A DNA stretch of 64,000 nt from Tubiluchus corallicola (lineage: Eukaryota; Animalia; Priapulida): contig JAQGDQ010001048.1 of assembly GCA_030141605.1 (NCBI GenBank), positions 3,787-67,786 on the forward strand, in the 5' to 3' direction. Shown one piece after another: positions 26,457 to 39,016 of this stretch. Below the pieces are notes generated by a model. The model saw only the letters and a list, made by a program, of their open reading frames with translations, was not told where the DNA came from and searched no databases. The position numbers and the translations under genes were made by a program. Position 1 is the first letter of the stretch, and each line of letters opens with the position of its first letter.

Positions 26457-27409
26457 TAATTTCTTCAAAGACAGTTTAAAATTGTATGTCCTAATATTGT
26501 CAGTCAAACATTTTTAATTACTTATTTAATAGTCGTTTATCACCGGTTTAAATTAATAAGCTAATGATTTTTGCGGTGTAATCAGCCTATTCACAGTTTC
26601 GTTGTACGCACGCGCTGTTGCTGTAGGTCAAAGGTTAAGGTCGTCTTACTACAACCGTCACGTTACATATGTGTAAATCATGATGATGATAAATCTTTTT
26701 ACACCTCTATTTGCAGGCTGAATACATCAGTATTAATGTAGGTACAGCAAAGTCGTCTGTCACATCATTTCAGTAACTTCAGTTCTTTTACGTGTGCTTT
26801 ACTTATTTATGCATTCATCTGCGAGTAGAGTGATTTAGAAAGATTTTGCTTAGAAACGAAAGAAATGAACTAGGTAAGGTTCTGCCTAGCTGTTAAAACT
26901 GTTACTATTTCAACAGCATGGGCTGTAATGCGTTGTGAAGTGTACACAAATGTGCTGTCTGATGCAGTTGCACCAGGTGCAACTAGAACGTTTTTTCCAC
27001 ATGCTGTTTCGTCAAAATTTCGAAAAAAATCACTGATAATATTTGTTATTATAGTGTTTCAAGGGAGTGGTAAAGTACGTTATAATTGCTGTGGAATGTA
27101 TAAAAGTTAAATAACTGTTATATTATATGAAAATATAATGGTAAATAACCAAATTTAATATTAAGTAAGTAAGTAGGTAGGTAGGTAGGTAGGTAGGTAG
27201 GTAGGTAGGTAGGTAAGTAAGTAAAGTAAGTAAAAGTAAGTAAGTAAAAGTAAAAGTCGCCACGGACTCCATTAAGCCAAATTCTTTCAGCTCAGGTTAA
27301 TTTTGCTCTCGTAGTTAACAACGCACTTTCATAATACCGCCGCTAGATGCCGCCACAATGTAATTAGTGAAATGAATTTTAGGAGCTAGTGTATAGTTGG
27401 GGTTTTAAC

Positions 27410-28080
27410 AATTACTCAGGAAAAGCAGATCGACACATTTTATGGAAATCTTCTAAGGAAAGTTTTAAAGATAAGATGGCCATACATAATCAAAAATGAA
27501 GATTTATTCACTAGGACGAAAGAAATTTCTTGCAATTCAAAAAAGTAAAGATCCGAATATGAAGATGGCTAGAGCATCTTCCAAGAATTTCAAATGAAGC
27601 ACTAGCAAGAATCACCTTAAAGAAAGCCTTAAAACCTTGCAAGAAAACCGCCTAGTAAACCTAAAACAACTTGGATGGCTAAGATGGATAAGTAAGTTTA
27701 AAGGAAGACAGGATGATTTTTTATATACCATATCATTTTCAAGTCCGATAAAAAGTATACATTTTAACACGATTACTACTGCAAAAGCGTTTCTGATAAT
27801 TAAATAATAGATTAAAAAGTTAATTTACAGCGGGCGAGACCAACTATTGATGACATCACAAAATAACATAATTTTCAACAGCAAAAATATTTCACGAGCG
27901 TGTTGCACGTGTTTGTTAAAGCGAAAATTGAAGTACAGCGCTACTGTAAGATATTCAGTGTGCTGTACTAGAATTAGGCAAGTAGAAGAACTTACCCTGT
28001 TAGCTACAGATAGAAGTGGGTGGAATACTCTAATAAATGTTGATGCTTCAATGCCTACAATACGTGGAATGAGACTTCGA
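27410..28080 (+). mobile_element. Decayed RTE-like LINE interrupted by a DNA element at 27702-27975
   Basis: Frameshifted KVLKIRWP...NEDLFTRT / RWLEHLPR...ARITL / KPKTTW motifs (27410-27695) resume after the insertion with LATDRSGW. Confidence 0.6.
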
Positions 28081-28131
28081 CGAAAGTACTAGTAGATAGA
28101 AGAAACACTGGCTTAGTGAGTTACTAATATA

Positions 28132-28720
28132 CAGGGTGTCTACAAAGTCTCTTTACAGTTTTACAAATTTATTACAAAGGCAGTTGACACGATTTGTTAA
28201 CTAGATTTATTCAAACGTAATTGGTTGTTGTCAAAGTTTTTTTGAACTCATTTAATACACCTCTATATGGGTACCATTAGTTGCACGAAGCACATCAAGA
28301 CGGTACTTGATTTCTTGCCATGTTCGCTGTAGCGTAGCCTCATCAATGGTGGCGATGGCATCAGAAATCCCTCCTTCAAGTCAGTAATGTCCCATATCTT
28401 TGTTCGATACACGATGTCTTTCACATAACCCCATGGATCTCTTCCACACTTAGTTCTGTAGTTTTGCTGAGTCTGCACGTACGATTTTGTCTCAATAAAC
28501 CACGATACACACTGTGCCTTCTCATGAGGGGTACGCATTTTTGGGGTTTCAGTTAACAATACCCTTCTACCAACAGGAGACCTACATAAAACGCAAAATT
28601 TCAATGTGATCTCAAACTTAAATAAAAACCGTTAAAAACAAAACAAATCTGTGAAGATATCTTGTCAACTGCCTTTGTAATAAATTTTTGAAATTGTAAA
28701 GAAACTTTATAGACACCCTG
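28132..28720 (-). mobile_element. Internally deleted Tc1/mariner-superfamily transposon
   Basis: ~60-bp imperfect TIRs beginning CAGGGTGTCTA, TA target-site duplication on both sides. Transposase N-terminus (MRTPHEKAQCVSWFIETKS) is fused directly to the C-terminal WGYVKDIVY region; the catalytic core is missing. Confidence 0.85.
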
Positions 28721-29914
28721 TATTGCTGTTAGTATACTTTTTTTGATACAACTAGTTTGTCTAGAAGTTTCTTATGAGTCTGTAATTTATTTGCATAATC
28801 AATTTCTCTCGTTTCTCGACACTAAAATGAGAAATACGTCACTTCGTCTGAATGTGTCTCTTAATTGGGAACAAATCAAGCTAATTTGTTTCGCTTGCAA
28901 AATTATTGAAGGTTAGACGCTATCTAAACTCTTACTAATTGCAGAACAGCTGCTAATTGGATAAGTTCTTATTTGTATTAAATTATTTGCTTTACTAAGT
29001 TGTTGGTTGAAAACTTGTACATGATTTTAGTCCGCTAGGCAGCGCTGCTACTGTTGTTATAAAAATGGAAAATTATTAGAAAAATGACGAACTAAAATTT
29101 AAAATTTCAATTTTTACATTATTATAATTATGAAAATATTATGTATACGCAAAATATTATACTGAGTGTTGTACAATAGCACTGTACTTGAATTTTCTCA
29201 TTCGCAAACATGTGCAACACGCTCATTGAAAATTATGTTCGTTTGTGACGTTATCACTAGCTGGGCTCGTCCGCCGTTAATTAAGTTTTCAATCTAAAGT
29301 CTATTAGAACTTTTACTTTAAAAGTATGGCAGCAGCTGAAGTCGCTGCTATACTGATAGATTGTGTTTTTTTTATTTTTTTGACAAAATTTTAATGTGTG
29401 AGTTTATGAAAACGTTATTTCTACAATCGATCTGAGATTCGATACTTGGACCTATTGTCGTGGTTGCTTGTATCAATGACCGACGGTATCGCCATCTGCT
29501 GACTTCACTGCAAAACTAGTGGAAGCCAGAGACTCTTTAACATATGCACCGAAGGCTAGCTGAATTAATTGAAATTACATTTATTATTCTTAAATTACAA
29601 AAACCACAGCACAGATCTAAATATGAAATCAGATAACCCTATAGGAGCCGTCAGACATGTTTTTCTACGAGTTGGACATTAACATATTTACAGGTGTGTT
29701 TTTCAGTGGTACAGCAACGATTCATAAAGGTTTTAAATAACTAAATGGCTTCATTTATAATGACTAAGAAAGGGAGGAGCTTCATGTAAGTGTAGGAGAA
29801 ATGTTTCTGTAATTATGAAGGGGAAAACTAAATAAAAATGTCAGTTAAATTGTATCAGTGAACGACTGTAACACGAGTTCAACTTTTCAAGTCTAAATCA
29901 TTTTACCAATCAGC

Positions 29915-30162
29915 AGCGTCTTTGTTACCTAGGAAGTGCAAGGCGATACAGCATCTTGGTTACCTAGGAAGTGCAAGGCGATACAGCGTCTTGGTTACCT
30001 AAAAAGTGCAAGGCGATACAGCATCTTGGTACCTAGGAAGTGCAAGGCGATACAGCGTCTTGGTTACCTAGGAAGTGCAAGGCGATACAGCGTCTTGGTT
30101 ACCTAGGAAGTGCAAGGCGATACAGCATCTTGGTTACCTAGGAAATGCAAGGCGATACAGCA
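29915..30162. repeat. ~35-bp minisatellite, ~7 copies
   Basis: Unit GCGTCTTGGTTACCTAGGAAGTGCAAGGCGATACA. Confidence 0.92.
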
Positions 30163-30765
30163 ACCTCAATAACGTAATGGAGACAAATTTGTCAACTGCA
30201 AGAAATCTACACCAAACTCTATCTAGGCTCAAATAATTTGTACCAAATTGGCTTAGTTTTTTCCACTCAGAGTAATAAATACGAAAGATTAGGTATCATA
30301 GTGTCATAGTGAAGCAATTTCTGTAATTGTGAGCAATTGTAATGGAAGAATTTGTGATGTAGTTGTGACTGCAATGTTACTACCTATCAGACTTCTTGCA
30401 GAATCTTTTTACTATTTTCGCCCCCATCGAGCCGATTGGCATTATAAAGACGACACAGAAGCGAATAGATTTCACTTTGAAGCATATGCAAGCGATGTTT
30501 TCTATCTATCCTATTTGCAAACAGTGCCCATTGTCTACAGGCAGCGTCTACACTGATCCGTCTAGGCGATCCGGTTCTTTAGTAGATCCAGCATTTGTGA
30601 AATGTAACGAAGTGCATCGTAAGAAACGGAAATAACTGCGGATGTGACAAAATTGCGTTCAGTTTCCTTTTCCGTCTTGATCGAGGAATTCCAGGAAGCT
30701 TTAAACAATGGAGTAGATAATGGACAAACCTCTTTGCTGTAACTGTATTTAACATTATATTATAA

Positions 30766-31307
30766 CATGGGTTCCCAACCTCAAGGTAGCGGCCCCTGTC
30801 GGGCTAATCCACAAACTATTTTTTTAAAAAATGCTGTTTCCATGAAAATATGCAAGTATTTCTTGTTTTCTTAGTCTCTCATTACGTAATTTTATTCTGG
30901 AAAGTGAAACTGGGTTTTCGCGCTCTAAATGTGGTATATCACTGCCTGATTTTCCGGGAAAATGAAAATGCGCGTTGTTCTGTACAGTGTACACTGTCCG
31001 AAAGCCGTCGCTATTCATTTTACGTCGGATCTTCTTAGATGCCTATCGCATTGCGTTACTGGTCCCAGAAAAACAGGCACAACCATCACATGAATGGATT
31101 AATGAATCATTCATTGCTCAATAATTTGTTGAACAGTAAATCACTCATTGCTCAATAATTTGTTGAACAGTAAGTTAAAATTAATAAATGCGAACGATAA
31201 TGATGTGTAAGTAATAGTATAATATGTGATTATGTTCTTCGTGGGGTCGCGATATGATGCAGGGTTCTAGAAAGGGGTCGCCATCATCAGAAGGTTGAGA
31301 ACCATTG
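30766..31307. mobile_element. Degenerate hAT (Charlie-like) MITE just downstream of the ALP stop codon
   Basis: CATGGGTTCCCAACCT ... AGGTTGAGAACCATTG termini, GGGGTCGC subterminal motifs, TSD 6/8 (TATTATAA / TTTTATGA). Confidence 0.65.
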
Positions 31308-31401
31308 TTTTATGACAATTTCATTGTCTACACAAGTTAATGACTCTGATGCAAACTTTTCACTAAGATCGAGTGGGTTGGTTACTCTCTAACGTAACAT
31401 C

Positions 31402-31606
31402 TCATTTTCCCCATAAGCTGATGACCTTGCGAATGCATTTGCAATTTTGTCCCCACAAGTTACATTTGCAAGTGTTTCCATAACAGCAGTCATCTACGCT
31501 GATGCTGCACCTGTCCATGCGTCGTTTGCACCTGTATTTTCGCTCTCTAACGTAGTACCGACTGTATTTACGAGGTTTGTAGTAAGAGGGCGTGTAAGAT
31601 CGTCTC
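31402..31606 (-). CDS. ALP: Agatoxin-like peptide precursor, mature cystine-knot exon
   Basis: TTCTTCTTACAG acceptor; RRSYTPSYYKPRKYSRYYVRERKYRCKRRMDRCSISVDDCCYGNTCKCNLWGQNCKCIRKVISLWGK-stop. Cys spacing C-6-C-6-CC-4-C-1-C-6-C-1-C and the CxCNLWGxNCxC...WGK end are those of U8-agatoxin-Ao1a-like / ALP peptides. Confidence 0.9.
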
Positions 31607-31672
31607 CTGTAAGAAGAAAATGAGACATTTTTTAGAAATGAGATGCACTTACGTTGATGTAAGCTTGTAATA

Positions 31673-32025
31673 AACCTTTTCACAGTTGCAGTGATTGATG
31701 ATGATCGTGAAGTGGTCAAAGGTTAAGTGTACCAGACAACGTATTTTTGTACGCTTGACAACGCCTCCCAGCCCATGCCATTGTAATAGTAACAATTTTA
31801 ACAGCTAGCTAGAACCTTTCCTAGCTCATTTTTTCTTGCTGCCAAGTAAGGTCTTGCTAGTAAATCACTCTGCGCACAAACTAATGCATAATTAAGTAAG
31901 TAAAACAACTAAAGCTGATGCATCAGACGGCTTTGTTTTACCCATAAGTCACGTAACATGTTGCTGTTATACACTTAACCTTTGAACTAAAAAAATTGCG
32001 CATGCGCACAACGAAACTGTTTGAG
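31673..32025. mobile_element. MITE family A copy in the last ALP intron
   Basis: ACCTTTTCACAGTT start, GCTAGCTAGAACCTTTCCTAG core, TACACTTAACCTTTGA subterminal motif; ~65 bp from the acceptor at 31607. Confidence 0.7.
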
Positions 32026-33320
32026 GGGCGTCACATAAAAAATTCTTATTCTCCACGGAAAATGTGTATAACTTAAAAAGTTCCACATAACAAAAAGAGT
32101 GCAAACTATTACACAACAAACAGTTGCGCAGCCCGCTTGAATATAAGCGCTACGCAAACATACGTAATTAATAATGACAACGTAGAAAATAGGTTAATAT
32201 TGTTTCTAATACACCACAAGTAATTGTCCAAGCTGCTCACTACATAAACAATCAAAAATTTCCAATTTGGGCGGGACTAAACTATCAACCTACTGCATCG
32301 TAAAGAGATGCGCCTCCGATTCTAAACTTCTACCATATCTAGCAGTTGGCAGACGTAGGGCTGTGAGAGAGGAATATAGCAGTTTCTGTATTCTTCCCGT
32401 TAAAAAACCTTGTATTCACGTGCACTGATAGTTCAGTGAGGTGACATTTTGAAGCGGAAACGTCTCAAATTAGTCGAGTGTTCTGTACAGGAAACATGTC
32501 ATAATTCTGGGATTTTGTTTCTTTTTTATTTCTTAGTAGCGAGCAACGACGTGAGTGAACAGGAAAGAGAATTAAAAGCACGAGAGAAAGAGAATGACTC
32601 GACGAAGCACAAGTAAACCCTCCACTTACACAAAGCTTAAAACATCGTCTTGAAATTTTACAACACTTAAGTATTGACTTTTTGCATGCAGGGCTTGCAT
32701 CGGCAGTAACACTGTATAAATCTTGTAAATTTATACGGATGACCGTTAGACGCAGCCATTTTGACAATGAGTCATTTGAAACAAGTTTAGATAAAACTGA
32801 GTAAAGTTTGAAAAAAATCAGAGCATTCGTAATGCGTGTTACTAACTAAATAAGGTTTTAATAATTGTATCTTGGCAGTAAGATTAAAAATATTTTTTTG
32901 GTTAGTGAGTGGCGCACCCTGGAAGGTGAGTCAGCGACATTTTACTAATTGGCACGAACATTTTAAATTATTTCTAGTTACATAACTCTTTCTAACAGGT
33001 AAGCGAAAAGCTAAGTAATATAACTGCATGGAAAGTTTTTCGGGACATAATTTAACATTCCTTTCTTCCTTTGATTTACGTTGTGCGTATATGACGTCAT
33101 GTAATGGCGCCGTCGGAACAGTATTGCGGGAAACTTAAAATGAAAACAAACAAAAAATCCTTTCAACGCGAGCACGGTATATGCATAAAAAAGCTGTAAT
33201 GTAGTATAATTTTTTAAGGCGATTTTTGTGAAACCTACTTCAGGTGCCCCTTTTCTTGTCCTTAATGTTTTTGAATATCAATAAATCAATTTTGAATGTT
33301 GATAAATGAATTTTTAATAT

Positions 33321-33669
33321 TGTTACGGAGGCACCTGTGTCGGGTCAGGTGTAGGGCCCTCTACACGCCCTGCTTCCAGATCAGCAGCGACTCACCCCTT
33401 TCTTGTAGGTCCAGACGTCTTGTTTGGGCCTACACGTGGTGTGAGAAGCCAGCTGACCTGGAATGCCAGTATAAAAGCGTGTAGAGGTCACTACAACCTT
33501 GATTTCTGACACAGGTGTTCCTCGGGTGTAGTGCTGTTACTGAGTTAGTTAGTTATTTTTTTGTGCACGTGTATTTTGTTCCCTATTTTTATTAGTGCTG
33601 TTAATAAACTCCGTACAGTGTAGTTTTTGTGTATTTTATTTTATGAGAGTTAAATGACATGCTATAACA
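33321..33669 (+). mobile_element. Possible solo LTR
   Basis: TGTTA...TAACA termini, internal TATAAAA (~33470) and AATAAA (~33603), GC-richer than the flanks. No clean TSD. Confidence 0.45.
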
Positions 33670-34467
33670 GGTATATGGTACTAGTTTACAGGCATTAACT
33701 TAGTTAATTAGCATAACATTTGTAATTAACATTAACATTTGTAATTAAGTATCGGTTACACAACGATAGTAAAATGGATCTTCATGATGCACAATATCAA
33801 GACCGCCATGCCATCTTGGAGTTCGACCCCCTGAGTCGAATTCAGTCCAATATTAATAAATCAATTTTGACTTATTCATATTTTGACGTTGACTTATTGA
33901 CAAATGATGATATAAGAATCATGCATATATTTATATTAATAAATCATTTATCAATATTCAAATTTGGTTATTAATATAATATAAATGATTTATTAGTATT
34001 AGAAAAACATAAAATTATGTTTTGACGTTCCGTTAAGAAGAATAAAAGAAACTTGAGAAAAACATTAAAGTATAACGAGAAAAAACTCAGGAAAAGTGCA
34101 AGAAAAAGCAAAAGAAAGGGAAAGTAAGAAACGAGAAGGTGGAAAAGATTGTAGAAAGCAAGAAAAAGAGAGGCACAAGCAAAAAAAGGCAAGGGGAAAG
34201 AGAAAAAGGAGAAAAGAAGAAAGAGGAAAGGACGAAAGAGGCAAGAAAAAAAGAAAACAAAGCAAGGAAAGAAAATGATTGCATAAACAAATCAAGAATT
34301 TAAGAAAGAAAGAGTTAATAAACATCAATAAAGAAAAAAGGAAAAGAGCAAAGAAAAAAACAAGGTGGAAAAACTAAAAAAAGAAGAAAGAAAGTAAAAA
34401 GTTATGAAAAAGGGAAGGAGAACAAGAAAAGCAAGAGCAGGAAATGAGTGAACAAGACAAATCAAGT

Positions 34468-34772
34468 TGATAATGACGATGATAATAATGACGATGATGA
34501 CGATGACGATGGTTCCGAAGATGATCATGACTATGATGATGATAATGACAAAGACGGTGATGATGGTGATGATGATAATTATGATGACGATGACGATGAT
34601 GATAATGACAAAGGTGGTGATGATGACGGTGATGATGGTGATGATGATGATTATGATGACGATGCGATGATGATGATGACGATGATGATGATGATGACGA
34701 TGACAATGATGATGACGATGATGATGATAACGACGACGACGATGATGATGATGATGATGACGATGATGATGA
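34468..34772. repeat. Degenerate (GAT)n tract preceded by A/G-rich low-complexity DNA (34060-34460)
   Basis: Seen directly. Ends in a GATGAT-CATCAT orientation flip at ~34773. Confidence 0.9.
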
Positions 34773-35669
34773 TCATCATAATCAAAAATCTTTATTTTAT
34801 ACATAATAAGAAGATGAAAGACATAATGCATAAAGTTTTTTTGATGAAATCTTCATTGTTTTATAGTAGATGGCGCGTCAATCACTGCTTGTCACAAACC
34901 TGCAGGTTTACCTATTGGTTTTTGCGCTGATTGTTGAAATGCGCTGCAGAGTTTTCACAAAATCTTGCTTCTGCTTTAGCGTTGGAGGCTGCAGAGTAAA
35001 CACTTTTTCAACAAAAAAATTGTGACTGTAAATTGTCCGCAAGGGTTTTACGAAATGCGAGTATTAACACACTAGAGAGCTTTCCGAATTTCTGATTTAC
35101 TCATAAAAACTTTCTGATGTTCGAATTTACGTGTTTATTATTGCCATAAGGCTGCCGACTTGGCAAAATTCCAAGCGATCCTGCTTATACCTCTGAAAAG
35201 TGCGTCTCTGACGTTAAATTGTAGTAATTTTCTGACTATTTTTCTTCGTCTCTGGCAGATGAGATCTATCACCGACCGTAAGTGAAATGGAAAAAATTTG
35301 AGCTAAAGAAAAGAAGCGAGGAACTATAATATAGCTCCTCGGGTGAAAGGGAAAAGCTAAAATTGTGCAAATGCCGCGACTTTATGCAGTGATTATTGAA
35401 CTTAGAACCTAATATGAATTTTCAGAATTGGCCCCCTAGTGGTAAAAATATGAATTATCTTTTGTGTGCAGTTGATTTTGCTTCACTGCATCGCTACTGG
35501 TACGTAAACAAAAACTGATTCATGATTTGATTCTATTTTCTATGAAATTGCAACGAAATTATAAAATCTCATTATTGTTGACAGGTAAGTTGGATCATAA
35601 ATACGATAATAAGCTTACTTACTCAGATACAGCATACAAATCACTATACCTTGCAGGCAACACGATGAT

Positions 35670-35758
<89 letters not shown>

Positions 35759-35948
35759 GGTGATGAAGGTGATAATGATGACGATGATGACAATGACGAA
35801 GACAGTGACGATGACGACGATGTTGTTGATGACGACGACGACGACGACGACGACTATGATGGTGATGATGATGGTGATGGTGATGGTGATGACGGTGACG
35901 ATGACAATGACGAAGACAGTGACGACGATGACGACGACGACTATGATG

Positions 35949-36009
<61 letters not shown>

Positions 36010-36281
36010 CGATGGCGGTGACGATGACAATGACGATGACAATGATGATGATGAAGCGGATGACGATGACGACGGCGACGATGATGATGATGATGGTGGT
36101 GGTGGTGGTGGTGGTGGTGATGATGATGATGACGATGGGGATTATACATTTATATATATATATATATATAACAACATATATATATAGTTGTTATCATGAA
36201 CCACGTTATCGTCGCCATCATCATCATGATCACTAATGTTGTCATTAAGAACAAAAAAACGTATAAATCAGTCACACTTAC

Positions 36282-36336
36282 TTTGGCGTATTATGTAAAA
36301 AGGCCTGAAGCGCCGTGTCTTCGTCATAAAGAACAT
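36282..36336 (-). CDS. ALP: Agatoxin-like peptide precursor, acidic propeptide exon
   Basis: CTTTTTCAG acceptor and GTAAGT donor. 55 nt, phase 1 to 2, encoding (D)VLYDEDTALQAFLHNTP(K). It bridges the phases of the other two exons and creates a KRR cleavage site. Confidence 0.78.
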
Positions 36337-36894
36337 CTGAAAAAGAAAAATTCGTGTCAGAAGCACCTGTTACAAAAATCTGCAGTATAAACTCATTAAG
36401 ATGCACGAAACAGCGAGAACAACTGTAGCAGGAGCAGCAACGACAACAATGAACTGCATTTGTGAAAACTTACTGCAAGAAAAACAATAACAAAAAGGCA
36501 CGCACAATAACAGCAACAACGACAACTACAGCGCCAAGACAACAAAAATAAAAGCAACTGCGTCAATGACAGCGGCTGGCACAGTAACAGCGACGGCGAC
36601 AGAAGCAATAACACACAGTCACTTCCGTCACTGACTGCAACACTCAAAAAATCAATAACTCAATAGCACATTGGTTTCAATGACTAACAACTACAAAATC
36701 TCAGCTCTTCACAAAGAAGCCAGTTGAGGAAAGGAGTCAGTTTCAAAATGCAATTTGATTGTCTAGTCGCCAGAGTGACAAAAGACTTGAAAATGAAAAC
36801 AGTTCAATATCCTGCAAACTTCAGCTAACATCGCCAAATAAAGACAGAGAATTGTTTTTCTGAATGTTTCTGCGAGCTCTAATCCAATGCTGGC

Positions 36895-37352
36895 CATCGT
36901 CGTCGTCGTTAGCGCTGTTGCTGTCGTCGTTGTTGTTGTTGCCACTGTTATTGTTGTTGTTGTCATTGGAGGTGGCGGTAGTGGTAGTCCTGGTGGCGGT
37001 GGTGGTGGTGTTGGTGGTGGTGGTGGTGGTGCTACTGCTGCTGCTGTTGCGGTTGAAGTTGTTGTTGTTGTCATCGGCGGCGGCGGTGGCGGTAGTGGTA
37101 GTCCTGGTGGTGGTGGTTGTGGTGTTGGTAGTGGTGGTGATGATGGTGGTGCTGGTGTTGGTGGTGGTGGTGCTACTGCTGCTGCTGTTGCGGTTGAAGT
37201 TGTTGTTGTTCTCATCGGCGGCGGCGGTGGCAGTAGTGGTAGTCCTGGTGGTGGTGGTTGTGGTGTTGGTAGTGGTGGTGATGATGGTGGTGCTGGTGTT
37301 GGTGGTGGTGGTGCTACTGCTGCTGCTGTTGCGGTTGAAGTTGTTGTTGTTT

Positions 37353-37426
<74 letters not shown>

Positions 37427-38145
37427 TGCTGCTGCTGCTACTTGCTGCTGCTGCTGCTTGCTGCTGTTGTTGTTGTTGTTGTTGTTGCTGTTGCAACTGC
37501 TGCTGTTGTCGTCTGTAAGCGTTGCCTATTGCTGCTGCTGTTGCGGTTGCTGTTGTTGTTGTTGTTGCAATTGCTGCAGGTTTTGTTGTCATCACTGATG
37601 CAGTCATTTACTTCCAGCTGACCCTAGTTCATGAATCAACATGAAATCTAATCCTCAGAAAGGAACTCGTGTTGCTGTTGTTGCTGTTGCTTGCTGCTGT
37701 TGTTGTTGTTGTTGTTGCTGCTGCTGCTGCTGTTGTCGTTTGTAAGCGTTGCTACTGCTGCAGGTTTTGTTGTCATCACTGATGCATTCATGACTCTAGT
37801 ATACGAATCAACATGAAATCTAATCTTCAGAAAGGAACTCATGTTGCTGCTGCTGCTGTTGTTGTTGTTGCTGCTGTTGTCGTTTGTAAGCGTTGCTACT
37901 GTTGCAGGTTTTGTTGTCATCACTGATGCATTCATGACTCTAGTATACGAATCAACATAAAATCTAATCTTCAGAAAGGAACTCATGTTGCTGCTGCTAC
38001 TGCTGCTGTTGTTGTTGTTGTTGCTGCTGTTGTCGTTTGTAAGCGTTGCTACTGCTGCAGGTTTTGTTATCATCACTGATGCATTCATGACTCTAGTATA
38101 CGAATCAACATGAAATCTAATCTTCAGAAAGGAACTCATGTTGCC
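36895..38145. repeat. GGT/GCT/GTT low-complexity block followed by ~150-bp compound tandem units
   Basis: A constant ~110-bp core (GTCGTTTGTAAGCGTTGC...CAGAAAGGAACTCATG) separated by variable (GCT/GTT)n. Mirror at 60170-61600. Confidence 0.88.
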
Positions 38146-38510
38146 ATAAATTACTTGTATAAATATGAGGCACCAGTTCATCCCACTCAGAGTAATCGTT
38201 AAACAGATAATTCCTGTAAGAAACTCTCCACAAAAGATTGAACTTTTCAGTATTGATTCCACGCCAGTTAAACCATTTAGCAACCTGCCCCTCAAAGTCT
38301 TCCCAACTCCAGCGCAAATAAATTCAATCAGAACTTGACAAGTCTCTGATTGATTGTTCTGAAATCCCGCGGGAAAGTTCCCGGTAAGGATGGATCAGTT
38401 TCAGTTCTGATGTTATTACTCGGTTATTGTTGGTTCAAAGAAATCATTAAACCTGGAATATTTTGAAATTTGATTGAAATGTTCGTTTGTTTTTTTAGTT
38501 GCTTGGTAGA

Positions 38511-38630
38511 GACTACGGCCAAATCACGTTAAAAACACCGGTTCTCGTCTGATCACCGAAGTTAAGCAACGTAGAGCTTGGTTAGTACTTGGATGGGTGA
38601 CCGCCCAGGAATACCAGGTGCTGTAGGCTT
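38511..38630 (+). rRNA. 5S rRNA-like sequence (SINE head, probably not a functional rRNA gene)
   Basis: GACTACGGCC...CCGGTTCTCGTCTGATCACCGAAGTTAAGCAACG...TTAGTACTTGGATGGGTGACCGCC..GGAATACC.GGTGCTGTAGGCTT follows the animal 5S consensus, including boxes A and C. Confidence 0.85.
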
Positions 38631-39016
38631 GCGGGATGCCCACACTGTATTTCGACACTAGGCGGAGGAGCTGCACAAGCAGCCAACGGCTAGAGGGCGG
38701 AGGAGGTCAAGTGACCCAACGGCCATGTGTAGAAGAGGAAACCTTCCAAATCAGGAGTGGAGCCCCGAGTTGCTCACTGACTCCGGCAGCTCCTGCAGCC
38801 AACGTATCGCTCCACTTTCCTTTGGACTACACCAGGAAGGAAGAGAGGGGGTTCCTGTTGTCTGGGCAACTCAGGATCTCCATACACCTTGCCCAGGTTC
38901 AAGGATTGCACTGCTCAGCCACAGTCGACGCTGCAGCTCCATCACTGTGATCAATAACTTACTCTCTTGGCGCACACTCCATTGTCTTCCGAGACAGAAG
39001 GATGCCAACCAACCAA
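38511..39016 (+). mobile_element. 5S-rRNA-derived SINE (SINE3-type) with RTE-like body and tail
   Basis: 38511-38630 is a full-length 120-nt 5S rRNA-like sequence ending TT-G (no T-run terminator). The 3' part encodes RIALLSHSRRC (RTE-clade ORF C-terminus) and ends GAGACAGAAGGATGC(CAAC)n. Flanked by CTTGGTAG / CTTGGCAG. Confidence 0.8.

Noticed and set aside
31607-31719. N-terminal part of the 105-aa ORF as the start of the cystine-knot protein
   Set aside because: It is intron and MITE sequence upstream of a clear acceptor, with a non-ATG start and no signal peptide.
34325-37621. Poly-His, poly-Asp, poly-Met, Gly-rich and Pro-rich ORFs (and mirrors at 61016-62856)
   Set aside because: Trinucleotide low-complexity tracts in ALP introns, open in multiple frames and strands, with copy-number differences between arms.
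38511-38630. Functional 5S rRNA gene
   Set aside because: It lacks the oligo-T terminator, has several substitutions, is not in a tandem array, and is fused to a retroposon body inside a TSD.
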